Assembly: GCF_008831285.2 (NCBI RefSeq)
Contig: NC_045138.2
Coordinates: forward strand, 1,178,001 to 1,242,000
Length of the DNA stretch: 64,000 bases
Source of the DNA: Nymphaea colorata
Taxonomy: Eukaryota
Reading direction: 5' to 3'
The translations under genes and the position numbers were made by a program. This document shows, piece after piece, positions 29,040 through 40,880 of this stretch. Position 1 is the stretch's first letter; every line of letters starts with the position of its first letter. The notes under the pieces were generated by a model that saw only the letters and a list, made by a program, of their open reading frames with translations, was not told the DNA's origin and did no database searches.

Positions 29040-30670
29040 CTATATTTAATATTATAAAAATTTATTTTATAATTTTTTTTTATTATGAAACGGCGAAGGT
29101 CGGGTCGGCCCTGGACTTGGATTTCAAGCCCGGCCAACCCACCCGAGCCGGGCCCCGATGCCCACCCTTACCCATGTACCTACTAAAGTAGCAAAATGGC
29201 ACCAATAGGACTCTAAAGTGATATAAGCTTTCGCCTTTATAGCTATAGGTACAGGTCAGGTGAATTAGGTCTTTAGCAACGATATTTTGTTCGATTGTTA
29301 TTTTTTAAATTAATAATATGTATTTTATTATTAAAAATATATTTTAAATTATAAAAAAATATTTTATAATTAAATTTTTTTAATTATCAAACGGCTTGAG
29401 CCTGGTTGGGCCCAGGTTTCGGGCCCGACGGACGGATCCGGGCTGGGCCCCGATGCCCGCCCTTATCTATTTACCCACTAAAGTAACAAAATAGTATCAA
29501 CAGGACTCTAAAGTGATATAAGCTTTCGCCATTATAGCTATATGTATAGGTTTGGTGAATCAGTTCTTTGCCAATGATGTTTTGTTCAACTGCTATTTTT
29601 TAAATTTAATAATATGTATTTCATTATTAAAAATCTATTTTATATTATAAAAAATTATTTTATTATTTAAAAATTGTTTTTATTATCAAACGGAACGAAC
29701 CGGGCCCCGATGCCCACCCATACCCATGTACCCACTATAGTAGCAAAATGGCGTCAACAGGACTCTAAAGATATATAAGCTTTCACCATTATAGCCATAG
29801 GTACAGGTCAGGGGAATAAAGTCTTTAGCAATGATGTTTTGTTCGACTGTTACTTTTGAAATTTAATAATATGTATTTTATTATTAAAAATATATTTTAT
29901 AATATAAACAGTTATTTTATAATTAAAAAATACTTTTATTATGGAACGGCCAAGGTCGGGTCAGGCCCAGACTTGGATTTCAAGCTCGGCTGACTGACCC
30001 GGGCTGGGCCCCGATGTCCACCCTTACCCATGTACCCGCTAAAGTAGCAAAATGGCGCCAATAGGACTCTAAAGTGATATAAGCGGTACAGGTCGGGTGA
30101 ATCAGACCTTTAGCAATGATATTTTGTTCGAATGTTATTTTTTAAATTAATAATATGTATTTTATTATTAGAAAATTTATTTTATAATGTTTTTTTTTAT
30201 TGTCAAACGGCCCGAGCCGGGTCGGGCCCAGGTTTCGGGCCTGATGGACCGACTGGGGCCGGGCTCCGATTCCCACCCTTACCCATGCACCCACTAAAGT
30301 AGCAAAGTGGCATTAACGAAACTCTAAAGTGATGTAAGCTTTTGCCATTATAGTCATAAGTACATGTCACGTGAATCAGGTCTTTACCAATGATGTTTTG
30401 TTCGAGTGCCATTTTTTAAATTTAATAATATGTATTTTATTATTAAAAAAATTATTTTATATTATTCAAAAATTATTTTATAGTCTAAAAATTTTTTTCG
30501 TTATCAAACAGCGCGGACCAGGCCCCGATGCCCACCTTTACCCATGTACCCACTAAAATAGCAAAATGTCGTCAACAGGACTCTAAAGTGACATAAGCTT
30601 TCGCCATTTTAGCCATAGGTGCAGGTCAGGTGAATTTGGTCTTTAGCAATTATGTTTTGTTCAACTGCTA
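29040..30670 (+). repeat. Satellite of six 255-304 bp units spanning a MITE terminus and its flank
   Basis: Landmark gatgcccacccttacccatgtacccactaaagtagcaaaat at 29157, 29452, 29709, 30013, 30268, 30527. Confidence 0.92.
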
Positions 30671-31032
30671 CGATCACTGTTATATTGGCGGTGAATCGTA
30701 AGTTCTATTATGTGATATTTTATCAGTGATAATATCATTGGTATGGATCTGTACTATTGTCAATGGCTATGGCGTCAGAAAAGAGGATCTATGCCAGTGA
30801 AATTGTCACTCGATTAGTTCTATTTATATTTCTTCAAAAAAACGGCAATGCTTATAAAACAAGCACCTTCATACAGTTAATACCCTCATCAATCTGCCCA
30901 TGGTTCGAAAGTAATCTATGTGAACAGAAAAATTGTTTGATGCCAATTGTTAACCACGATTTGCTGCACACAGGTAAATTCAGGAAAGTCATTGAGCAGT
31001 TAACCATTGGAGGCTAGATCACAAGAATGTGG

Positions 31033-31854
31033 TCATCCTATTGTCCCCTCCAAGAAATCGCAACTTAACTTTAGAATGTCAAAGACTTTTTCTCCACACC
31101 TTCGGTCTCGCCCGTGCATTTTTTCAGAGCTCTCAAAGTATCCTCCCACACCCCGGCATCGTCATTGTTCCTCAGGGCTGCTCCAATTGTGGCGATATAT
31201 ATCGGCAGACCACCGCACTCCCTGAGGACATCCATTGCAATTTTTTCTATAGGTGGCTGTTGGATCACATTCCCTGTGTTATTAAGGAATAGGGACATTG
31301 CATCTTTCCAGCACATGGCTTCCATCTTGATGTTTCTGCCAGTTTGCATGGCAACGCATGCATCAAGGGTTCTACTTACGACCACAACTTTGCTTCCATT
31401 CGCTGGATCAGGAACACCCAACACACGTATATGGAAGCCTTGCCAGACATCATCTAATATCAACAAGTACTTTCCGCCCTTCATTTTTGTTGAAATCAGT
31501 TTTTCTCCTTCGCTTAGATGTGCCCCTTTGGCGGAAAGAGTGCTTTAGGTAGCAGGCAATCTTCTGTTGCAGGTGTTTGTAGTCGGATCTTTTCCTACTA
31601 CGATGTACATGATGCAGTCGAACTCTTTAGCTTTTGTTGTGCACAAGCTTCACGATACTAGTCTCGCCGATTCCCCCCATTCTGTGGATGCCGATCCTTG
31701 ATATCCTGGCATCTTGTATAATGTCCAAAATTTCCTTAACCAAGCGAGTAGCAGTATCTTGCCCGTCCAATGGTTCCAGGATGAGTGGCTGGGACCAATT
31801 GATTTCTCGAGGCCTTGACACCTGTTCCGCCTCCAAAGGTGCCTTCTTTATATG
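31033..31854 (-). pseudogene. NB-ARC (RPS2/RPS5-like CNL) fragment 1, truncated at both ends
   Basis: P-loop IGIHRMGGIGETSI, kinase-2 YLLILDDVW, RNBS-B GSKVVVVSR, GLPL motif ECGGLPIYI. Stops and frameshifts; no LRR. Confidence 0.92.
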
Positions 31855-32134
31855 ACAGCATTACCTACTTCTTGAAAGTTTTCATTGGCATTAGTACCTC
31901 CCTAATCTAACTTCCAACTATAATAAATTTATTAACAAAAACTTTATTTAGGAGAAGCTCATGCATCTAATTATTACAAATCTGGCAACATTATGATAAT
32001 TTCTTCAACAAAAGCACTATCCAAGCACATGCATTTTCTAAAGCAAACTCAGACAGGCATTCAGAAAGAAAAGAAACACGATAATCTACTTGCCCTTTGA
32101 CATAGTAAAAGTAAAAAAAATACAAAACCACACG

Positions 32135-32998
32135 CCTGGGTTTCGGCTATCGGACCGGGCCTGGGTCAGCTCGATAATATTTAAAAAAATAAATTTTTTA
32201 TTAATTTTAGTTTGATAATATGTATTTTACTATTTTAAAAATTATTCTATAATTAAAAAATCATTTTTTATTATTAAACGAGGTGAGATCTGCCCATTGA
32301 TGGACAAACTTCACAATCTTCCTAACCGAAGAAACTGTTTCTTCATAAATATAGAATAGAGAGAGAAAGAGAAGCTGGTTCTAAAGAATTTGAGGAATTA
32401 AGTAGGAGAGGGGAGGAGGAACACCATGGGCAAGATCATGAAGAAGGGTGCCATGAAGAGACCAGTGACCCTTGATGTTCTTTCAGGAGAAGTCTTTGCA
32501 GAGATCGTAACACGCGTTGTTTGTTCGTCACCGACCAGGTTGTCGGTTCCTGATCTTGCCAACATGAAGCTCACGTAAGTTTTCTGTTATCTCCTACATA
32601 TTCAACTTTCAAGCACTCTGCATGGATTCTCTGCAATGACTTCTCCTGAAAGAACATCAAGAGTCACTGGTCTCTTCATGACACCCTTATTCATGATCTT
32701 GCCCATGGTGCTCCTTCTCTCATCTCCTACTAAATTCCTCAAATTTGTAAGAACCAGTTTCTTTCTCTCTCTTCTATATTTATGAAGATGTAGTATTTTC
32801 GGTTAGGAAGAATTGTGAAGGTATGCATAAATAGGCAGGTCTTCGCATGTTTGACAATAAAAAAATATTTTTAAATTATAAAATATTTTTTAAAATAGTA
32901 AAATAACTATTATCAAATTAGAAATTAATAAAAAATTATTTTATAAATATTATCGGGCTGAACCGGGCCCTGGACCGGCCCGATAGCCGAAACCTAGG
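32135..32998. repeat. F-box-derived hairpin 1 (arms 32135-32504 / 32628-32998, loop ~123 nt)
   Basis: Each arm holds a MITE module, one 49-bp unit, a TATA-like cataaatatag, the 5' UTR and the first ~26 F-box codons. The loop holds the rest of exon 1 and the AC|GTAAG donor. Confidence 0.95.
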
Positions 32999-33394
32999 GC
33001 TGGGCTGGGGCTTGATACTAAAAAAATATTTTTAAATAAATTTTTAATAGTAAACTACAATTTATTAAATTAAAAAATAATAAAAAAATTATTTTTAAAA
33101 TATTACCTGGCTTACAAGGGCCGGGCCCAGCCCGATAATTGAAACCCGTGTCGAATCCTGCCCAGCTTGTTTGATAATAAAAAATATATTTTTAAAATTA
33201 TAAAATAATTTTTAATAGTATAACACACATTATTAAATTAAAAAATAATAAAAATTATTTTTTTAATATTACCGGGCAGGATCGGCCCTAGTCGGGCCGA
33301 CCTGGGTTGAAGCATCAGGCTCGGGTCCGGGCCTGGGCCCGACCGAGCCAGGTACTGGGTACCCGTTGGGGGCCCGTACCGGTGCCCACCCCTG
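32848..33394 (-). mobile_element. Partial hAT-like MITE with three AT/GC modules; copies at ~40205-40735, ~54280-54826, ~61550-62098
   Basis: Terminus TGCCCACCCCTG resembles the TGCCCACCCTTA end in the 29-kb satellite, with modules in the opposite orientation, i.e. the other end of one family. No TSD seen. Confidence 0.55.
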
Positions 33395-33668
33395 GAAACC
33401 AACAAGGGAGGAAACCTTTTTTTTAAACCATAAGTTCAAGAGAGGTTTTTGTAAAAATCTCTAAATTGTCAATTATAAGCCGAACGTTCCTAACTACCCT
33501 AGAGTTAGGGTCCTGAGCAGACATCACATTGTTTCTAATGTTTCAGACACCTGTTTTAAAGTTTCGAATAGATACATAAACAACTCCAATATCTAGGATG
33601 TATGTATAAAACAAAAATTTTGTCGAACAAATTGACCCCTCCACAAACTGGATGGAACTAGCCTGTGG

Positions 33669-36600
33669 TCATCCTATTGTCCCCTCCAAGAAATCGTAAC
33701 TTAACTTTAGAATGTCAAAGACCTTTTTCTCCACACCTTCGGTCTCGCCCGTGCATTTTTTCAGAGCTCTCAAAGTATCCTCCCACACCCCGGCATCGTC
33801 ATTGTTCCTTAGGGCTGCTCCAATTGTGGTGATCGCTATCGGCAGAGCACCGCACTCCCTGAGGACCTCCATTGCAATTTTTTCTATAGGTGGTTGTTTG
33901 ATGACATTCCCTGTGTTATGAAGGAATAGGGACATTGCTGTTAGTTAATGTGAACGTGTGAGCAATATGTGGAAGTGGAGACCGTGTAAACATGTGGTGG
34001 TTTTTTTTTAGTTTCTTTTCTTTAGCCATAAAAATAGGAATTAGTGGTTATGTGTCCACAAAATGAGGCTGCTTTTGGCAAGTGGCATTAGTGGGTAGTT
34101 TTTTCTTTTGTTCTTTAAATACTAGTACATGCGTGTAGTCCAAAGTGTGAGAAAAAGAAAAATAGTATTGAGTTTCTTTTGTTCAACTTTACCTTAACGT
34201 GACTTTCTTTAGTTTTGTTTGTGTGTGGGAGTTAGAAAGACTTCCTTCAATCTTGGTATCAGAACGCCAGGTTGCGTGGGCATCTCAAGTATCGTGGAGC
34301 ATTGCAGAAGCAAAGAACTCCAAATCGTGTGCTATTGATAAGAGTTATTTTTTGAAAGCTGGTATGGCTAATTCAAATACTCTCAATTTATCCCAATCCT
34401 TAGTTCCTATTTTTAGTGGTGAGAACTATGAGTTTCGGAGTATCAAAATGAAGAGTTACTTCATTTCACAAGACCTTTAGGAGTTAGTTGAGAATGGTTA
34501 TGCAGAAATTGAAGTATCAAAGGCAGTAGGAAAGTCAATAGAGAAAATTGATGTTAAGGAATTTCGGAAGAAAGATGCAAAGGCACTCTCAGTATTGGAG
34601 TAGGTTGTATCAGAGACTGTCTTCCCAACTATTGCTGGAGCAGAGAAGTCAAGTGAAGCGTGGCTATTCCTCAAACAAAAATTTCATGGAGATAAGAAGA
34701 TTCCTACAGTTAAGCTCCAAATCATAAGGAGAGAGTTTGAAACATTTTGCATGAAAACTGGTGAGTCCGTTCAAAATTATTTTTTTAGACTCTCTACTAT
34801 TGTAAATCAAATGAAGAGTTTCGGTGAAGCCATAACCGAGCAAAAGGTGGTTGAAGTGTTAAGAAGTCTTCCTTCTAAATTTGATTATGTTGTCACTGCA
34901 ATAGAAGAATCCAAAGATTTGTCTATTTATTCTATTGATGAACTAATGGGGTCTCTTTTAGCACATGAGCAACGCATGAACAGGTCAACAAAAAAAGGAA
35001 TAGAGCAAGTTTTCCAAACAAAGATAGAGTTTTCAAAAGAGAAGAATGGAAGCTATGATCAAAGAAATGAAGGAAGGAGTCAAGGACGAGGAGGCTATAG
35101 AGGAGTCACTCGTGGTTATGGTAGAGGACGTGGAAGATTCCATAGAAATTTCCATAAAACCCATGACACAACAGGGAAAGATAATCAAAATCAGTACTTT
35201 AGAGGAAAACAATGTAACTTTTGCAAGAAGTTTGGTCATATAGAAGATCAATGTTTTGAAAAGGCAAAACAACAAGCTAGTTTTGTAGAAGAAAATGAGA
35301 ATTTATTTCTTACAACTATGGATGCTAACCGTTGCAAGAGTGAAGTTTGGTTTGTAGATAGCGGCTGCAGTAATCATATGACTGGTGACAAGAGTTTTTT
35401 TAAAGACATTGACGAGACTATAAAGTTGGATGTGTGGCTTGGAGACAACAATAGAATAAGTGTGAAGGGTAAATGAACAGTTATCATCAAATCAGAAACA
35501 GGTATGAAAAGATTTATTAATGATGTGTATTACGTCCCCGGGTTGGCTCAAAATTTGCTTAGTGTTGGACAACTAGTTCAAAAAGGGTACACACTTTTAT
35601 TTGAAAATCATGCTTGTGAAATTAAAAATAAAAGTGGTGTAGTTCTTCCAAAAGTAAATATAGTTCGAAATAAAATGTTTCCTCTTGAGACAAATGCTTT
35701 TATGACAAAAATTGATGATTCCAAGCTATGGCACGTGAGATATGAGCATCTTCATTTTAATGGGTTGAAACTCTTACATCAAAAAGGTATGGTATATGGA
35801 CTGCCATCTATTGATTGTCATGATGATGTATGTGAAGGGTGTGTTTATGGTAAACAACATAAATTACCATTTCAAGTTGAAAAATCATGGAGAGCTAAAA
35901 TGCCGCTTCAATTAGTTCATGCTGACATATGCGGTCCAATGAAAACTTCTTCATTAAATGGTAGCAAGTATTTTTTGCTATTTAGTGATGATTACAGTAG
36001 AATGAGTTGGGTATATTTCCTCAGTCACAAATCTGATGCAATGGATAAATATAAAGAGTTTAAAGTTTTTGCGGAAAAAAAGTGAAAATGTAATAAATAT
36101 ACTGCGTATGGATAGAGGGGAAGAATTTTTGTCTGACGAATTTGATTTATTTTGTAAAAATTGTGGGCAGTTTACAGTAAGGAAGTCCCCACAACTAAAT
36201 GGTGTGGCCGAAAGAAAAAATCAGACAGTGGTGGAAATGACACGCAGCATGTTAAATGAAAAACAATTACCTAGTGAATTTTGGGCTGAAGCAATCCATA
36301 CGGCAGTATATCTTCTCAACATTTCTCCAACAAAGGCCGTCAGAAACAAAACTCTATTCGAAGCATGATGGAATCGCAAACCAAATGTAAGTATGTTAAA
36401 AGTCTTTGGATGTGTTGCATATGCATTAATTGATCCTAGTGAAAGAAGCAAGTTGGATAAGAAGAGTGAAAAATACATTTTCATTGGTTATAGTAGTGAA
36501 ACTAAGGGTTATCGTCTTTATAATCCTATCACTAAGAAGTTGATTATAAGAAGAGACATTATATTTGATGAAAAAGCTTGCTGGGATTGGGTTAAGAATG

Positions 36601-39202
36601 AAACCATGAAACTCCAATTTGACGGGGAAGAAGTGAATCCAAATCATATTGACGAAGAACCAAAGGAGAAAGATGAAGCCTTGAAGGAGACGATCAATGA
36701 AGGCATTGAATCCATTTCTGAAGAAACTCCACCAAGAAAGGTACGATCCTTAAATGACATTTATAAGTGTGCATTTGCTTTTGTTGTTATAGAACCTTCA
36801 ACTTTTAATGAAGCATGTGTAGACAAAAATTGGATGAATGCTATGGAAGAGAAAATACAAACCATAGAAAAGAATGACACATGGGGGCTCTCTAAGTTGC
36901 CGACGGGGAAGGAACCAATTGGAGTAAAATGGGTCTATAAGGTGAAGTATGATGCTAAAGTTAACGTGAAAAAATATAAAGCAAGGCTGGTTGCTAGAGG
37001 TTTTGTGCAAGTATATGGAATTGATTTTACTGAGACGTTTTCACATGTTGCAAGATTTGAGACAGTAAGAATGGTTCTTTCTATTGCTGCTCAATTTAAA
37101 TGGAAAGTTTTTCAGTTTGATGTCAAGTCTGCTTTCCTAAATGACTATTTGAATGAAGAAGTGTATGTTGACCAACCACCTGGATTTAAAATTAAAGGAA
37201 AAGAAGACACGGTTTATAAACTTAAAAAGGCATTATACGGACTTAAACAAGCTCATTGTGCTTGGTATAGTCGTCTTGATAAATTTCTTCATCAAAATGG
37301 CTTTCAAAGAAGTGATAGTGAGCCAACTCTTTATGTCAAAGTGAGTGAAAATCATTTACTTATTGTAAGTGTTTATGTGGATGACATTATCTATACTAGC
37401 ACTTCTTCTAGCCTTATTGCAGAATTTAAAAATTGTATGATGAGGGAGTTCGAAATGTCTAATTTGGGATTGTTGCATTACTTTCTTGGTCTTCAAGTAG
37501 TACAAAGTGATGAAGGAATCTTTATATCGCAAGGAAAATATGCATTGGATACTCTGAAAGTTTAAAATGATGAATTGTAATGGTTGTGCAACTCCCATGA
37601 ACACCAACGCAAAGCTGAATGCAGATGATGAAATGGCAAAAGTAAATGAAAAATATTTCAGAAGCATGGTCGGTGAATTGATGTACTTGACACATACCAG
37701 ACCTGACATTGTTTTTTCAGTGAGTTTGATATCAAGGTTCATGCAAGATCCTTCAGTGCAACATCTTGGTGCAGCAAAAGGAATTTTTCGTTACATTCAA
37801 TCTACACTCAACTATGAAATTTTTTATAAACCTGTGACTAACTTTGGTTTAATTGGATATACTGATAGTGATTGGGCAGGTTTTGTTGATGATCGAAAAA
37901 GTACAAGTGGTTTTGTATTTGGATTTGGTTCAAGTGCTGTGTCGTGGTGCTCAAAGAAACAAAGTTCAACAGCCTTATCCTCTTCGGAAGCTGAGTATAT
38001 TGCTGCTACTGCTGCTGCATGTCAAGCGATATGGATGAGACGTATTTTAGAAGATCTTCAATTGAAGCAAGAGAATCCAACTCAGTTATACTGTGATAAC
38101 AAATCTACTATTTCCATGACAAAAAATCTGTCATTTCACGGAAGGACTAAACATATAGAGTTACGTTATCACTTTATTAGAGACGTGATTTAGAAAGAAG
38201 AAATTGAGTTGAAGCAATGTTTCACAAAAGAGCAAGTTGCGGATGGTTTTACAACAGCACTACCACCATCAACGTTTTTCAATTTTCGAGAAGCGATTGG
38301 AGTACAAGAGTTTTCACATTAAGGGGGAGAAATGTTAGTTAATGTGAACGTGTGAGCAATATGTGGAAGTGGAGAATGTGTAAACATGTGGTGGTTTTTT
38401 TTTAGTTTCTTTTCTTTAGCCATAAAAATAGGAATTAGTGGTTGTGTCCACAAAATGAGGCTGCTTTTGGCAAGTGGCATTAGTGGGTAGTTTTTTCTTT
38501 TGTTCTTTAAATACTAGTACATGCGTGTAATCCAAAGTGTGAGAAAAAGAAAAATAGTATTGAGTTTCTTTTGTTCAACTTTACCTTAACGTGCCCTTCT
38601 TTAGTTTTTTTTTTTGTGTGTGGGAGTTAGAAAGACTTCCTTCAATTGCATCTTTCCAGCACATGGCTTCCGTCTTGATGTTTCTGCCAGTTTGCATGGC
38701 ATCGCATGCATCAAGGGTTCTACTTACGGCCACCACTTTGATTCCATTTGCTGGATCAGGAACAACCAACACACGTATATCGAAGCCTTGCCAGACAACA
38801 TCTAATACCAACAAGTACTTTCCACCCTTCATTTTTGTTGAAATCAGTTTTTCTCCTTCGCTTAGATCGGCTCCTTTGGTGGAAAGAGTGCTTTAGGTAG
38901 CAGGCAATCTTCTGTTGCAGGCATTTGTAGTCGGATCTTTGCCTACTACGATGTACATGATGAAGTCAAACTCTTTAGCTTTTGTTGTCCACATGCTTCA
39001 CGATACTAGTCTCACCGACTCCCCCCATTCTATGGATGCCGATCCTTGATATCCCGACATCTTGTATGCTGTCCAAAATTTCCTTAACGAAGCGAGTAGT
39101 AGTATCTTGCACATCCAATGGTTCCAGGATGAGTGGCTGTCTCCAATCGATTTCTCGAGGCCTTGACACTTGTTCCGCCTCCAAAGGTGCCTTCTTTATA
39201 TG
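33669..39202 (-). pseudogene. NB-ARC fragment 2 (33669-33938 and 38645-39202), interrupted by a copia element
   Basis: EAMCWKDA|MSLFLHNTG joins exactly across the ATTGC TSD; P-loop RMGGVGET; ends KLSYDFLEGTIG*. Confidence 0.92.
33939..38644 (+). mobile_element. Ty1/copia LTR retrotransposon, full length but degenerate (copy A)
   Basis: LTRs 33939-34249 and 38333-38644 (TG...CA); TSD ATTGC (33934-33938, 38645-38649); tRNA-Met PBS tggtatcagaac at 34254; PPT aagggggagaaa 38321-38332. Domain order gag (CNFCKKFGHIEDQC), protease (WFVDSGCSNHM), integrase (LVHADICGP), RT (YVDDII), RNase H (YTDSDWAG). Several stops and frameshifts. Confidence 0.98.
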
Positions 39203-39482
39203 ATAGCATTACCTACTTCTTGAAAGTTTTCGTTTGCATTAGTACCTGCCTAATCAAACTTCCAACTATAATAAATTTGTTAACAAAAACTTTATTTAGG
39301 AGAAGCTCATGCAACTAATTATTACAATTCTGGCAACATTACGATAATTTCTTCAACAAAAGCACTATCCAAGCACATGCATTTTCTAAAGCAAACTAAG
39401 ACAGGCATTCAGAAAGAAAAGAAACACTATAATCTACTTGTTTTTTGACATAGTAAAAGGAAAAAACATACAAAACCACACA

Positions 39483-40358
39483 CTTGGGTTTCGGCTATCG
39501 GACTGCGCCCGGGCCAGCTCTATAATATTTAAAAAATAATTTTTTTATAAATTTTAGTTTGATAATATGTATTTTACTATTTTAAAAATTATTTTATAAT
39601 AAAAAAAATCATTTTTTTATTATCAAATGGGGCGAGATCTGCCTATTTATGCATACCTTCACAATCTTCATAACCGAAGAAACTGTTTCGTCATAAATAT
39701 AGAATAGAGAGAGAAAGAGAAACTGGTTCTTACGAATTTGAGTAATTAAGTAGGAGAGGGGAGGAGGAACACCATGGGCAAGATCATGAAGAAGGATGCC
39801 ATGAAGAGACCAGTGACTCTTGATGTTCTTTCAGGAGAAGTCTTTGCAGAGATCGTAACACACGTTGTTTGTTCATCACCAACCATGTTGTCGGTTCTTG
39901 AACTTGCCAACATGAAGCTCACGTAAGTTTTCCGTCATCTCCAACATATTCAACTTTCAAGCACTTTGCATGGATTCTCAGCAATGACTTCTCCTGAAAG
40001 AACATCAAGAGTCACTGGTCTCTTCATGATACCCTTATTCATGATCCTGCCCATGGTGCTGCTCCTCCCATCTCCTACTAAATTCCTCAAATTCGTAAGA
40101 ACGAGTTTCTTTCTATCTTTGTCTCTCTCTTCTATATTTATGAAGTTGTAGTTTTTTCAGTTAGGAAGAATTGTGAAGGTATGCATAAATAGGCATCTCT
40201 TGGGCCGTTTGATAATAGAAAAATATTTTTAAATTATAAAATTAATTTTTTTAAATAGTAAAACACATATTATCAAATTAAAAATTAATAAAAAATTATT
40301 TTTTAAATATTATGGGGCTGCCCCGGGGCCTGGCCCGGCCCGATAGCCGAAACCTAGG
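39483..40358. repeat. F-box-derived hairpin 2 (arms 39483-39852 / 39976-40358)
   Basis: Same structure as hairpin 1; perfect 43-bp complementarity between 39800-39842 and 39986-40028. Confidence 0.95.
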
Positions 40359-40880
40359 GCTGGGCTGGGGCTTGATACCAAAAAAATATTTTAAAATAAA
40401 TTTTTAATAGTAAACTACAATTTTTTAAATTAAAAAATAATAAAAAAAATATTTTTAAAATATTACCTGGGTGATCAGGACCGGGCCCAGCCCGATAGCT
40501 GAAACCCGTGCCCAACCCTGCCCAACTTGTTTGATAATAAAAAATATTTTCTAAATTATAAAATAATTTTTAATAGTAAAACATACATTATTATATTAAA
40601 AAATAACAAAAAATTATTTTTCAAATATTATCGGGCTGGATCGGCCCTGGTCGGGCCGACCCGGGCTCAAGCTTCAGGCTCGGGTCCGGGCCCGGGCCCG
40701 ACTAGGACAGGTACTGGGTACCCGTTGGGGGGCCATCACACTGTTTCTAATGTTTCAAACACCTGTTTTATAGTTTTGAACAGATACATAAACTACCCCA
40801 ATATCTAGGATGTATGCAAAAAACTAAAATTTTGTCAAACAAATTGACCCCTCCACAAACTGGATGGAACTAGCCTGTGG

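Noticed and set aside
31114..31855. Plus-strand ORFs over the NB-ARC fragments (also at 33.7, 38.6, 41, 55, 60 and 62-63 kb)
   Set aside because: Antisense to recognisable NB-ARC coding sequence.
34364..38193. Copia copies as autonomous active elements
   Set aside because: Both have multiple stops and frameshifts, including a shared TAG near the end of RNase H.
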